64,000 nt of DNA. Source: an uncultured virus (IMG/VR IMGVR_UViG_3300006919_000002). Its lineage: Duplodnaviria > Heunggongvirae > Uroviricota > Caudoviricetes. The stretch is taken from IMG/VR virus record IMGVR_UViG_3300006919_000002; one strand, written 5' to 3'. Shown in pieces: positions 39,609 through 46,545 of this stretch. The notes beneath the pieces are model-generated. The model was not told the DNA's origin and did not search any database. It saw only the letters and a list, made by a program, of their open reading frames with translations. Positions within the stretch are counted from its first letter, which is position 1. Each line of letters starts with the position of its first letter. The translations under genes and the position numbers were made by a program.

Positions 39609-39761
39609 ATGGGTATGCGTCAGAAGCTTGCACTGTCGATGGCGATGGCCGCTAAGGCTTTGGCTGAAGATCAGAGCAAGGAGAAGTTCCAGGTGCAGAT
39701 GGATCAGGCTCGCTACAAGTTAGCGAACTGGATTGCACCGAAAGGAAAGCTGATCCGTTGA
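39609..39761 (+). CDS. Early hypothetical protein (50 aa)
   Basis: CAGGAG RBS; MGMRQKLALSMAMAAKALAEDQ (read manually). Confidence 0.65.
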   Translation: MGMRQKLALSMAMAAKALAEDQSKEKFQVQMDQARYKLANWIAPKGKLIR

Positions 39762-39821
39762 AGCGGGTTGGGAGGTGCGAACCCTCCCACAGCTATTGCC
39801 CTCAGTGGAGATGGGCACCAC
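39748..39821 (+). ncRNA. tRNA-like element plus pseudoknot, copy 2
   Basis: AGCTG/CAGCT stem, GGGAGG-TGCGAAC-CCTCCC, then TGCCC..GTGG..GGGCA-CCAC. Confidence 0.7.
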
Positions 39822-39837
39822 ACACTAGGAGGACGCT

Positions 39838-40002
39838 ATGTCTTTTGAGGAGTTGACCAAGGATCAGATCCTTTGTGTCCTTGAAAACTTGCACAAAGAT
39901 GCAAGTGATTGGCACGAAGATTTTGGTATAGCGTATGGGCTCAGCTACGACGAATCGTTGTCGTTGATGTTCCATCATTTGTGGGTTGCTTTAAAAAGCT
40001 GA
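39838..40002 (+). CDS. Early hypothetical protein (54 aa)
   Basis: AGGAGG RBS; MSFEELTKDQILCVLENLH (read manually). Confidence 0.7.
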   Translation: MSFEELTKDQILCVLENLHKDASDWHEDFGIAYGLSYDESLSLMFHHLWVALKS

Positions 40003-40070
40003 TCCGTTGAAGCGGGTTGGGAGGTGCGAACCCTCCCACAGCTATTGCCCTCAGTGGAGATGGGCACCAC
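39997..40070 (+). ncRNA. tRNA-like element plus pseudoknot, copy 3
   Basis: 79-bp exact repeat: 39746-39824 = 39995-40073. Confidence 0.7.
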
Positions 40071-40086
40071 ACAACAGGAGGTTCCT

Positions 40087-40281
40087 GTGGCAAAGTTCAT
40101 ACCTACTTCTTTTGAGGTGTCACTGACACAGGAAGAAGTTTGGATCTTGCAAGAAGCACTGGAGATGCTTCGTTCACATAGAGAAGAATCTATGCTGTTC
40201 ACATCAGAACTTGTAGATCCTTTGCCTGTTGGTCGTCTTGAAACTCTTATCAAAGAGTTCAAGCAAGCAACAGGAAACTGA
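40087..40281 (+). CDS. Early hypothetical protein
   Basis: AGGAGG RBS, GTG start; MAKFIPTSFEVSLTQEEVWILQEAL. Confidence 0.7.
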   Translation: MAKFIPTSFEVSLTQEEVWILQEALEMLRSHREESMLFTSELVDPLPVGRLETLIKEFKQATGN

Positions 40282-40351
40282 GTCCGTAAACGCGGCGCAG
40301 GGAGGTGCAAGTCCTCCCACAGTTATTGCCCTCAGTGGAGATGGGCACCAC
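40276..40351 (+). ncRNA. tRNA-like element plus pseudoknot, copy 4
   Basis: AACTG/CAGTT stem (compensatory), GGGAGG-TGCAAGT-CCTCCC, same pseudoknot as copies 2-3. Confidence 0.7.
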
Positions 40352-40368
40352 ACAATGACTTAACTTCA

Positions 40369-40572
40369 ATGAACACCTTTCTTATTCATAGCCAGACCCG
40401 CAAGTCTGGCTATTCATTTGAGATTAATTCTCAACAACAAGCTGTCAAAGTGAAGAAGATTCACTACGTGGATCCAAACCTAGATGCTGTAAAGTATTTA
40501 ACTCTTCCTGATGCAAGGAAGTTTTACAAACTTCTTAAGCAAGAAGAGCACGAGAAGTTTGGTGACTTCTAA
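40369..40572 (+). CDS. Early hypothetical protein
   Basis: ORF track. Confidence 0.7.
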   Translation: MNTFLIHSQTRKSGYSFEINSQQQAVKVKKIHYVDPNLDAVKYLTLPDARKFYKLLKQEEHEKFGDF

Positions 40573-40643
40573 CCAACATGGTGAAGGGGGGTTCGACTCC
40601 CCCCGTTGGTATCGCCCATCACATTATTCCCTTGGGCAAGGAA
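40572..40643 (+). ncRNA. tRNA-like element plus divergent pseudoknot, copy 5
   Basis: ACCAAC/GTTGGT stem, GGGGGG-TTCGACT-CCCCCC T-arm, then GCCCA..TTCC..TGGGC..GGAA. Confidence 0.6.
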
Positions 40644-40653
40644 AACTTTAAAC

Positions 40654-40854
40654 ATGAATTCCACTACACATCCTGCTATTGGTATTGTTCTTGGCGTTGG
40701 AATCGGTATCCTAATTACAGTTGGCTTGCAAAGTATTATCAACAAGCGAACAATTGCAACTTGCTATGAAGATCCCCACCGTCAACTCATTCTTTTGCGC
40801 TCTATTATTGGCAACAGTTACTACTGCGTTGAGTCTAAGTACTTGCCAGACTGA
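40654..40854 (+). CDS. Early membrane protein
   Basis: MNSTTHPAIGIVLGVGIGILITVGL transmembrane segment. Confidence 0.65.
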   Translation: MNSTTHPAIGIVLGVGIGILITVGLQSIINKRTIATCYEDPHRQLILLRSIIGNSYYCVESKYLPD

Positions 40855-40879
40855 AGTGTATCTCGCACATCAGCAGGAA

Positions 40880-41002
40880 ATGCTTAGCGTTGAAGACGAT
40901 CAAAGTCAAGGCTACGATTGGTGGCTTTGCATTCCAGGTTCTGCGCCTTCTGATCCATTTGAATCAGATGAGATTGCTACTGACAAGACACAACAGATTT
41001 GA
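40880..41002 (+). CDS. Small acidic hypothetical protein (40 aa)
   Basis: CAGGA upstream; C-terminal part of track ORF 40721-41002. Confidence 0.4.
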   Translation: MLSVEDDQSQGYDWWLCIPGSAPSDPFESDEIATDKTQQI

Positions 41003-41043
41003 CTCTTGCACTAAGCCTCTTCGGAGGTTTTCTGCAGGACTCA
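40999..41043 (+). repeat. 45-bp direct repeat forming a long UUCG hairpin, copy 1
   Basis: TTGACTCTTGCACTAAGCCTCTTCGGAGGTTTTCTGCAGGACTCA. Confidence 0.85.
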
Positions 41044-41076
41044 CCTGAGTTCTGTTTGTACTTCACATCACCTGAC

Positions 41077-41340
41077 ATGCGTAACTACGAACAGCTGCAC
41101 TACCAAGAAGGTTGCCAGCGTCTGTATCGAGTCACTTGGTATGGTGGCTCAAGCAACCAACTGCACTTTCAGAAGTGGGGTATTGTTGCTACCCCATCAT
41201 TTGATGGTGAGCCGGAATGGATCGAACTTGATTGCCGACCCATGATGGAGTTTCCAACCAGGGTTAAAGAACTCTGGCAAGAGATGCGTGACTACTATCA
41301 TCACTGTCTCGAAATGGAATCGTATCGAGTGTTTAATTGA
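41077..41340 (+). CDS. Early hypothetical protein
   Basis: ATG after the hairpin repeat: MRNYEQLHYQEG. Confidence 0.7.
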   Translation: MRNYEQLHYQEGCQRLYRVTWYGGSSNQLHFQKWGIVATPSFDGEPEWIELDCRPMMEFPTRVKELWQEMRDYYHHCLEMESYRVFN

Positions 41341-41381
41341 CTCTTGCACTAAGCCTCTTCGGAGGTTTTCTGCAGGACTCA
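41337..41381 (+). repeat. 45-bp direct repeat forming a long UUCG hairpin, copy 2
   Basis: Identical to 40999-41043. Confidence 0.85.
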
Positions 41382-41415
41382 ATATCCTGCTGTTCACCCT
41401 ACTCAATTTATTCTC

Positions 41416-41616
41416 ATGGTTAAATGGAGACTGAAGCGTGGGTATGGATCTCACGTTGAACTTGACATGTACACCAGAAGATCTAATGGTCCTGGTAACG
41501 CAGTCTTGTTTTTGCTGGCATCATCGGTGATGTCACTTATTATCAGTGCCGTAATTGGTGTTGATCTTACCAATGTCAATCAACAGTACCAGGAAGGAAC
41601 ACATGTCCAGCCTTGA
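41416..41616 (+). CDS. Early membrane protein
   Basis: ORF track; hydrophobic AVLFLLASSVMSLIISAVIGV. Confidence 0.6.
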   Translation: MVKWRLKRGYGSHVELDMYTRRSNGPGNAVLFLLASSVMSLIISAVIGVDLTNVNQQYQEGTHVQP

Positions 41617-41794
41617 GCATGACATCAGCAATCCAAAGCATGTTCGTACTGTTTTGAAAAATGGTAAGTTCATTGTCAATGTATTGACAGAAGATGGTAT
41701 CACGATTGAATATGGTATTCCACTTGCTAAACAATCTAAATCTCAAATTGATTTAGATGTTGATGCTTTAAGAAACTTACTTGATCCAATTTAA
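41603..41794 (+). CDS. Early hypothetical protein
   Basis: AAGGA then MSSLEHDISNPK, within track ORF 41555-41794. Confidence 0.6.
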   Translation: MSSLEHDISNPKHVRTVLKNGKFIVNVLTEDGITIEYGIPLAKQSKSQIDLDVDALRNLLDPI

Positions 41795-41800
41795 ATTAAC

Positions 41801-41830
41801 TAGGGGGCTGCGCATCCTATAAACGCAGAC
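41801..41830 (+). ncRNA. H-type pseudoknot leader, family C
   Basis: TAGGGGGCTGCGCATCCTATAAACGCAGAC. Confidence 0.7.
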
Positions 41831-41860
41831 ACACAACACTTCACTTTACCGAGAACAATC

Positions 41861-42025
41861 ATGTCAATGATCAAGACTTGGCTTTATGCTCACCAGTGGG
41901 CCATGGATCAGATCGACCATGTGTCTGACCTGGAAGAGCAGAAGCTTGCTTTGATGCAAGAGATTGCAGATTTCCAAGCGGAACAAGCTATGGAACAAGA
42001 CGAACCAATGGAGGAAGTTCAGTGA
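41861..42025 (+). CDS. Early hypothetical protein (54 aa)
   Basis: Read manually: MSMIKTWLYAHQWAMDQIDHV. Confidence 0.65.
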   Translation: MSMIKTWLYAHQWAMDQIDHVSDLEEQKLALMQEIADFQAEQAMEQDEPMEEVQ

Positions 42026-42107
42026 AGAACTCTTTCAATCAAACCACAGATGATCTAATTGTTTGGATCATTGCCATCATTTCTATTATCATCACGGAGT
42101 TTATCTC

Positions 42108-42482
42108 ATGCTTCATCCAACAACCGAAGCCGTCGCAAAAGCCCTCACAGGTTACGTCCCCTTCTCCGAAGAAGACGCGACGGAGCAGTTCCAAGCGGAC
42201 TGCAACTTCGAACCAAAGCTCGTCAAGCTTGGTGACCTCAGCACCTACCCAAGAAACGGTTCAGTCTACAAAGACAAGCACGGAATCCTCCAGTGCTACT
42301 GGAAGCCCGAAGGTGGTAACTACACCGAAGAAGAGAAGGACTCCCTCCAAGGATGGTACGAAGTCCCCTCGAACGAAGACATCGAAGAGTGGTCGTTCGA
42401 CAGCTTCTGCTTCACACCAGGAGACGATGAAGTCGAACCCGACCATCCCGATTCCTGGCTCAGCTTGCTTGGTTTAATCTGA
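42108..42482 (+). CDS. Phage hypothetical protein
   Basis: GGAG RBS; ends TPGDDEVEPDHPDSWLSLLGLI. Confidence 0.75.
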   Translation: MLHPTTEAVAKALTGYVPFSEEDATEQFQADCNFEPKLVKLGDLSTYPRNGSVYKDKHGILQCYWKPEGGNYTEEEKDSLQGWYEVPSNEDIEEWSFDSFCFTPGDDEVEPDHPDSWLSLLGLI

Positions 42483-42487
42483 TTAGA

Positions 42488-42516
42488 AGGGGGCTGCGCA
42501 TCCTATAAACGCAGAC
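42488..42516 (+). ncRNA. H-type pseudoknot leader, family C
   Basis: AGGGGGCTGCGCATCCTATAAACGCAGAC. Confidence 0.7.
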
Positions 42517-42542
42517 ATCCACACTACTTCACTGACAACAAC

Positions 42543-42710
42543 ATGGATCGCACCAAACTTCAGAACAATTTGATCCAAGAAATCTTGGAAACCATGGACA
42601 TAAAATGCTTGCTGCAGATTGCCGATGAAGTCCTGGAAGAAAATTATAATAAGCTTTCGGACGAAGAGTTGTTAGAAGAAGTGAAAGAACTCTATCCACA
42701 TTTATTATGA
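42543..42710 (+). CDS. Cyanophage-type small acidic protein (55 aa)
   Basis: Read manually: MDRTKLQNNLIQEILETMDIK...SDEELLEEVKELYPHLL. Confidence 0.7.
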   Translation: MDRTKLQNNLIQEILETMDIKCLLQIADEVLEENYNKLSDEELLEEVKELYPHLL

Positions 42711-42732
42711 ATAGCAAGCAGAACTAATCAGA

Positions 42733-42761
42733 AGGGGGCTGCGCATCCTATAAACGCAGAC
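42733..42761 (+). ncRNA. H-type pseudoknot leader, family C
   Basis: Identical core to 42488-42516. Confidence 0.7.
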
Positions 42762-42784
42762 ATTCACACCACTTGACTTTAATT

Positions 42785-42952
42785 ATGATTCAATTCAATG
42801 AATTATTTGATCTGCGTGAGTCTACTGGCTACGCAGATTATGTTGAATACTTTGATCCAACTCCTCAGTATCTTTATGACAATCCTTATTTATTGATGAG
42901 CTACGACGAGTGGCTTGAAGAAGAATTTGACGAACTCTTTCTTTCTATTTGA
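42785..42952 (+). CDS. Early acidic hypothetical protein (55 aa)
   Basis: Read manually: MIQFNELFDLRESTGYADYVEYFD. Confidence 0.6.
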   Translation: MIQFNELFDLRESTGYADYVEYFDPTPQYLYDNPYLLMSYDEWLEEEFDELFLSI

Positions 42953-42970
42953 GGAATCAACTATGTATTT

Positions 42971-43000
42971 TAGGGGGCTGCGCATCTTACCAACGCAGAC
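42971..43000 (+). ncRNA. H-type pseudoknot leader, family C
   Basis: TAGGGGGCTGCGCATCTTACCAACGCAGAC; changes keep the pairing (G-U) or fall in the linker. Confidence 0.65.
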
Positions 43001-43034
43001 ATATCTTCTTTCGACAACAACTACAGGAGTAATC

Positions 43035-43268
43035 ATGAACTTTGTTTATCCGCTTAGAGCGGACCTTGAATTTGGAATTAACATGGATCATGTTATTTCC
43101 GTTAGAAAAGAATATGAAAACAAAGACGGTATGATCTGGTTCTTTACGGTAGAAGGCACCAGGCTTTTCTGGAGGTATCCCAACAACCAGAAAGGCTGTG
43201 ATGCAGATTATGATCTGCTTTTAGAATTTATCTCATCGAAAAGCGACGGTACTTATCTCATGCAATGA
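43035..43268 (+). CDS. Early hypothetical protein
   Basis: CAGGAG RBS; MNFVYPLRADLEFGINMDHV. Confidence 0.7.
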   Translation: MNFVYPLRADLEFGINMDHVISVRKEYENKDGMIWFFTVEGTRLFWRYPNNQKGCDADYDLLLEFISSKSDGTYLMQ

Positions 43269-43321
43269 ATCTTGAGTCTATTAAACGCAGACACCACACT
43301 TCACTTTATGAGGAATCAACT

Positions 43322-43534
43322 ATGTGCTTTAATCGCTTTGACATTTGTGATGCTTACTATTTGTTCTTTAGTAACTATCACTGGGGACAAGGTAGTTCTT
43401 TCTATGCAAGGTTAAGTGGAATGCTTGATTATTACAAGCCATCACCATTACTAAGCTATGAAAATCTTAGTGAAAATGCTCAGATGATTTACGATAATTT
43501 AGTTGATACAAAAGGAGAGGCATATGTTTTATAG
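43322..43534 (+). CDS. Early hypothetical protein
   Basis: GAGGA RBS; MCFNRFDICDAYYLFFSNYHWGQGS. Confidence 0.7.
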   Translation: MCFNRFDICDAYYLFFSNYHWGQGSSFYARLSGMLDYYKPSPLLSYENLSENAQMIYDNLVDTKGEAYVL

Positions 43535-43562
43535 AATCTATGAAGATTAAATAGTTAATGGA

Positions 43563-43590
43563 AGGGGGCTGCGCATCCTATAAACGCATA
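43563..43590 (+). ncRNA. H-type pseudoknot leader, family C
   Basis: AGGGGGCTGCGCATCCTATAAACGCATA. Confidence 0.6.
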
Positions 43591-43611
43591 CAAATCTTTG
43601 GACTTAGGACA

Positions 43612-43788
43612 ATGTTTCTTCTTGAACTACAAGCACCTGAAAAACTATCGCTTTGTGAGTATCGACACAACTGGGAAGGATCAATGCAAAGAGCTAGAGA
43701 ACTAGCTGAGTCTTATGGTTATCCAGTTGATATTAGAGATGTAAGAGAAGATGTTGCTTATGTAACAATTGAACCCGAGACAGAATAA
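43612..43788 (+). CDS. Early hypothetical protein
   Basis: AGGA RBS; MFLLELQAPEK. Confidence 0.65.
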   Translation: MFLLELQAPEKLSLCEYRHNWEGSMQRARELAESYGYPVDIRDVREDVAYVTIEPETE

Positions 43789-43801
43789 AGTTTGCTAGTG
43801 T

Positions 43802-44203
43802 ATGCCCGCTCGCACTGAGCGGGTAACAACCTATGATTCATTAGTTTTTTTTATGAATGAACACAACATACCTTGGGCTCTGCCCATGGTTACAAAACTC
43901 ACTAGCTACCAGGAACTCCTGTCTGATATTGAAGAGTTTAAGTTAGAGGCTGGCGAAGGACCGAACGGTGGTCCAGCCAAAGAAGGTACGCGAGAGTTTG
44001 TTATTGATGGTACCAGAGATGTTGTGCGCATGAAGATACTAACTAGACCAAGCAGTAATAATAAGGACAAGATGACATGGGATATAAAGTACACAATGAA
44101 TAATCTTGGTATTGGCAAAAGAGAATTAAAACAAGTAATTGCAAACCGTATTCGCAATCAAAGATTACAGCGTAACACCACACAACAATCTGTTTTCACA
44201 TGA
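43802..44203 (+). CDS. Hypothetical protein
   Basis: ORF track; start uncertain. Confidence 0.6.
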   Translation: MPARTERVTTYDSLVFFMNEHNIPWALPMVTKLTSYQELLSDIEEFKLEAGEGPNGGPAKEGTREFVIDGTRDVVRMKILTRPSSNNKDKMTWDIKYTMNNLGIGKRELKQVIANRIRNQRLQRNTTQQSVFT

Positions 44204-44439
44204 CTGAAGTCACTACAAAGAAGAGAAGGAAGCACAAGCTTTCAGAAATCATTGACAAGTTTCCATGTGAACAATGCAATTCAAAGCAAATAACTTTGTG
44301 GGAATCTGATTTAATTATCAGATCCAAAACAAGGTTATTAATAAAGTATTATCGTTGTAGATTATGTCAAACTGAGTACGTTACTAAAGAAGAACTACTC
44401 AGTGTACAGTTCAATGAGTATTCTTATGAACCAGCATAA
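44200..44439 (+). CDS. Zinc-ribbon protein (NrdR N-terminal/Ogr-like)
   Basis: CEQC...YYRCRLCQTEYVTKE. Confidence 0.65.
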   Translation: MTEVTTKKRRKHKLSEIIDKFPCEQCNSKQITLWESDLIIRSKTRLLIKYYRCRLCQTEYVTKEELLSVQFNEYSYEPA

Positions 44440-44677
44440 AGACATACGCAACGATGAAGACTACGATGATTGGGAGTATGGAACAGAGCCCCTACCAGGG
44501 GAACCATGGATTGTTTCAGAGCCTGAATTAGAGCTGGAGACAATGCCTGATGATCAAGTTAAGGTTTGTTTAACTGATAGAGGGATTACAGCATGCACTT
44601 ATGTCAGCAGCATGCACTTAGTAGAAGACAAGCGAAAGCAACTCAAGGCAGCAATCAATAGACAATTTGAAGAATAA
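44426..44677 (+). CDS. Hypothetical protein
   Basis: MNQHKDIRNDEDYDDWEYGTEPLPG within track ORF 44402-44677. Confidence 0.6.
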   Translation: MNQHKDIRNDEDYDDWEYGTEPLPGEPWIVSEPELELETMPDDQVKVCLTDRGITACTYVSSMHLVEDKRKQLKAAINRQFEE

Positions 44678-44678
44678 A

Positions 44679-44751
44679 TGGGGGTTGCGAGGATCGAACT
44701 CGCCTAAGCCGAATTATGAGTTCGGTGCATTCACCAGATTGCTAAACCCCC
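44679..44751 (-). tRNA. tRNA with CAT anticodon (probably Ile2/lysidine type; elongator Met not excluded)
   Basis: Cloverleaf: GGGGGTT/AACCCCC acceptor, CCGAA-CTCATAA-TTCGG, GCGAG-TTCGATC-CTCGC; no encoded CCA. Confidence 0.9.
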
Positions 44752-44759
44752 TGGTACCA

Positions 44760-44864
44760 CTAAAAGATACCACGCTTATGCGCTGCATACAGTAGACCTG
44801 CAGTAAAACAACAGAAGAACCAGGCTTGATATTCAATTAGTAAATCAACATCAATCAATTCCAT
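44760..44864 (-). CDS. Small hydrophobic peptide (34 aa)
   Basis: Read manually: MELIDVDLLIEYQAWFFCCFTAGLLYAAHKRGIF; ends 8 nt before the tRNA. Confidence 0.4.
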   Translation of the reverse strand: MELIDVDLLIEYQAWFFCCFTAGLLYAAHKRGIF

Positions 44865-45185
44865 GGGTAAGTATAAATGCTTACCCATTTATTTTGATTG
44901 CACTAATCCTGTGATGTTGTCTTTTAAATCACAACATCTTGATATCAAAACAAATCAAGGGGTTGTTCCATAGACAGGAACCCCCCCCAAACCCCCGAGA
45001 AAGACCTACCAAGATATTTTTTATTCTTATAGATAAACCTTCATTACTTCACTCCATGTCAACAGTTAACTTCCATGCTCCTGCAATAGAAACAATCAAT
45101 GCAATACCAACAGCAATGAATCCCATGAGTCTTGGTTCAATTCATTGAATCTTACACAAACATTTCAATTCAACATGTAACAATC

Positions 45186-45392
45186 ATGACTAAAAATCCT
45201 ATCAACTTTGATAAAGACATCCATGGATTCAACGTCACTGAAAAAGGCGTTCGATCTTTTTCAAAACGCTTGAAGCTTGGGCCATTAGCTGTTACAGTTA
45301 ACGTCCGCAGCTCAGGAGTCAGGGCTTCCATTTCGATCCCTGGCACTGGGTTGTCCAAGCAAAACATCACTCTTCTCAACTTCAACAAATGA
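45186..45392 (+). CDS. DUF4236-like small protein
   Basis: KRLKLGPLAVTVN..SGVRASISIPGTGLS; start at MTKNPINF within track ORF. Confidence 0.6.
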   Translation: MTKNPINFDKDIHGFNVTEKGVRSFSKRLKLGPLAVTVNVRSSGVRASISIPGTGLSKQNITLLNFNK

Positions 45393-45658
45393 ACTCTTAT
45401 CCAACTCGCACGCTCAAGATCAAGACTCCTGCTGGTGCCTCACCAGTAGAGCGCCGTCGTGCCACAATCAAAAGCTTGGTTGAAGACCGTAACGAATTAC
45501 AGAAACTTGTTTCTGCTATGGAGAAATACGGTGGCAACTTTGCTAAATGTATTGCTGCTGCTTTGGTTGCAGCTGATGCAAACAACAGGGCTAAGCTTCT
45601 CTATTCTTTCCCAGAATTTGTAGAGAAGTATGGGCCTGGCGGTTTATTCAACAACTAA
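45389..45658 (+). CDS. Phage hypothetical protein
   Basis: MEKYGGNFAKCIAAALVAADANNRAKL. Confidence 0.7.
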   Translation: MNSYPTRTLKIKTPAGASPVERRRATIKSLVEDRNELQKLVSAMEKYGGNFAKCIAAALVAADANNRAKLLYSFPEFVEKYGPGGLFNN

Positions 45659-45663
45659 ACATC

Positions 45664-45924
45664 ATGTCACACTCCATTTCCAAAATCCTTGAGGTTCACA
45701 TCGATGACGATTGCTGCACAGTTACTGCAATCATTGAAGACATGGTGCAGATCAGTCCTGCCAGTAGCTGGAGTGATCCTCCTCAACCTGCTGAGTACGG
45801 CCCTGCAACCTGCATTGGAGGATTTGATATCAATGATTACGTCCTTCCTGCCGAACTGGAAGGACGTGCTATGGAACTCTTATGTGAAAGTATAGACATG
45901 GGTTGGGAGATCTTAGAAGACTGA
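45664..45924 (+). CDS. Hypothetical protein
   Basis: ORF track; DPPQPAEYGPA. Confidence 0.7.
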   Translation: MSHSISKILEVHIDDDCCTVTAIIEDMVQISPASSWSDPPQPAEYGPATCIGGFDINDYVLPAELEGRAMELLCESIDMGWEILED

Positions 45925-45941
45925 GATCAAGTTTGATTGTG

Positions 45942-45980
45942 AAGCCAGTGTTGCTTTAACAGCACTGGCTTTTTTATTTT
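45942..45980 (+). terminator. Intrinsic terminator
   Basis: AAGCCAGTGTTG...CAGCACTGGCTT followed by a T tract. Confidence 0.8.
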
Positions 45981-46105
45981 CTATTTCAAAACTAAAGTTT
46001 TTCTGAGGTCCTTTCTTGTTCAACTCAATCTCTCTATACTCTTCTCGGAGGCACATCCAGGTAACGGGGGCAAGACTCGTCATCTTGAACGCAACCTGGT
46101 TTATT

Positions 46106-46178
46106 CGGCCTGTAGTCCAACGGCAGAGACAGAGGACTTAAAATCCTTCCAGTGTGAGTTCGAATCTCACCAGGCCGA
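46106..46178 (+). tRNA. tRNA-Leu(TAA) with short variable loop
   Basis: CGGCCTG/CAGGCCG acceptor, GAGGA-CTTAAAA-TCCTT, GTGAG-TTCGAAT-CTCAC; TATACT -10 at 46035. Confidence 0.9.
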
Positions 46179-46209
46179 CTACCTCCTTCATTAATTCACT
46201 TGATTTACT

Positions 46210-46545
46210 ATGGCTCAACGTATTTATTTACCTTGCAAAAATTGTACATCAGAAAGTATTGCACACTTAATGACAGAAAAGAAACCTAAATCAGTAATGA
46301 GATACTATGCTTGCAGAGATTGTGGTATCCACTTTGAAACAATAGAACACGTTTGTATTACTCCTGATGCTTTTTATTCTAGAGGTTCAAACAATCCTAA
46401 TTCAATTCTTAGAGAGCAAGATGTTTTAAACATTAGAGAAAAACATAATTCTGGTTTATCAGTTACAGAGATTGCTGTTGATACTTGCATGAGTAAGAAA
46501 GCTATCAAAGACATCATCACAGGTAAAACATGGAAGCACGTTTGA
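46210..46545 (+). CDS. Zinc-ribbon plus helix-turn-helix protein
   Basis: CKNC...CRDCGIHFETIE; RGSNNPNSIL...EIAVDTCMSKKAIKDIITGKTWKHV. Confidence 0.7.
   Translation: MAQRIYLPCKNCTSESIAHLMTEKKPKSVMRYYACRDCGIHFETIEHVCITPDAFYSRGSNNPNSILREQDVLNIREKHNSGLSVTEIAVDTCMSKKAIKDIITGKTWKHV

Noticed and set aside
39523..40610. Calling the T-loop elements true tRNA genes
   Set aside because: No anticodon arm and only ~40-50 nt; kept as tRNA mimics
39523..43590. CRISPR array or integron attC interpretation of the early-region repeats
   Set aside because: Spacers are 150-700 nt protein-coding genes of variable length; no cas genes or active integrase; repeats show RNA-type covariation, not attC R/L boxes
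46181..46188. ACCTCCTT anti-Shine-Dalgarno-like sequence after tRNA-Leu
   Set aside because: Single 8-mer in a pyrimidine-rich spacer; could be chance
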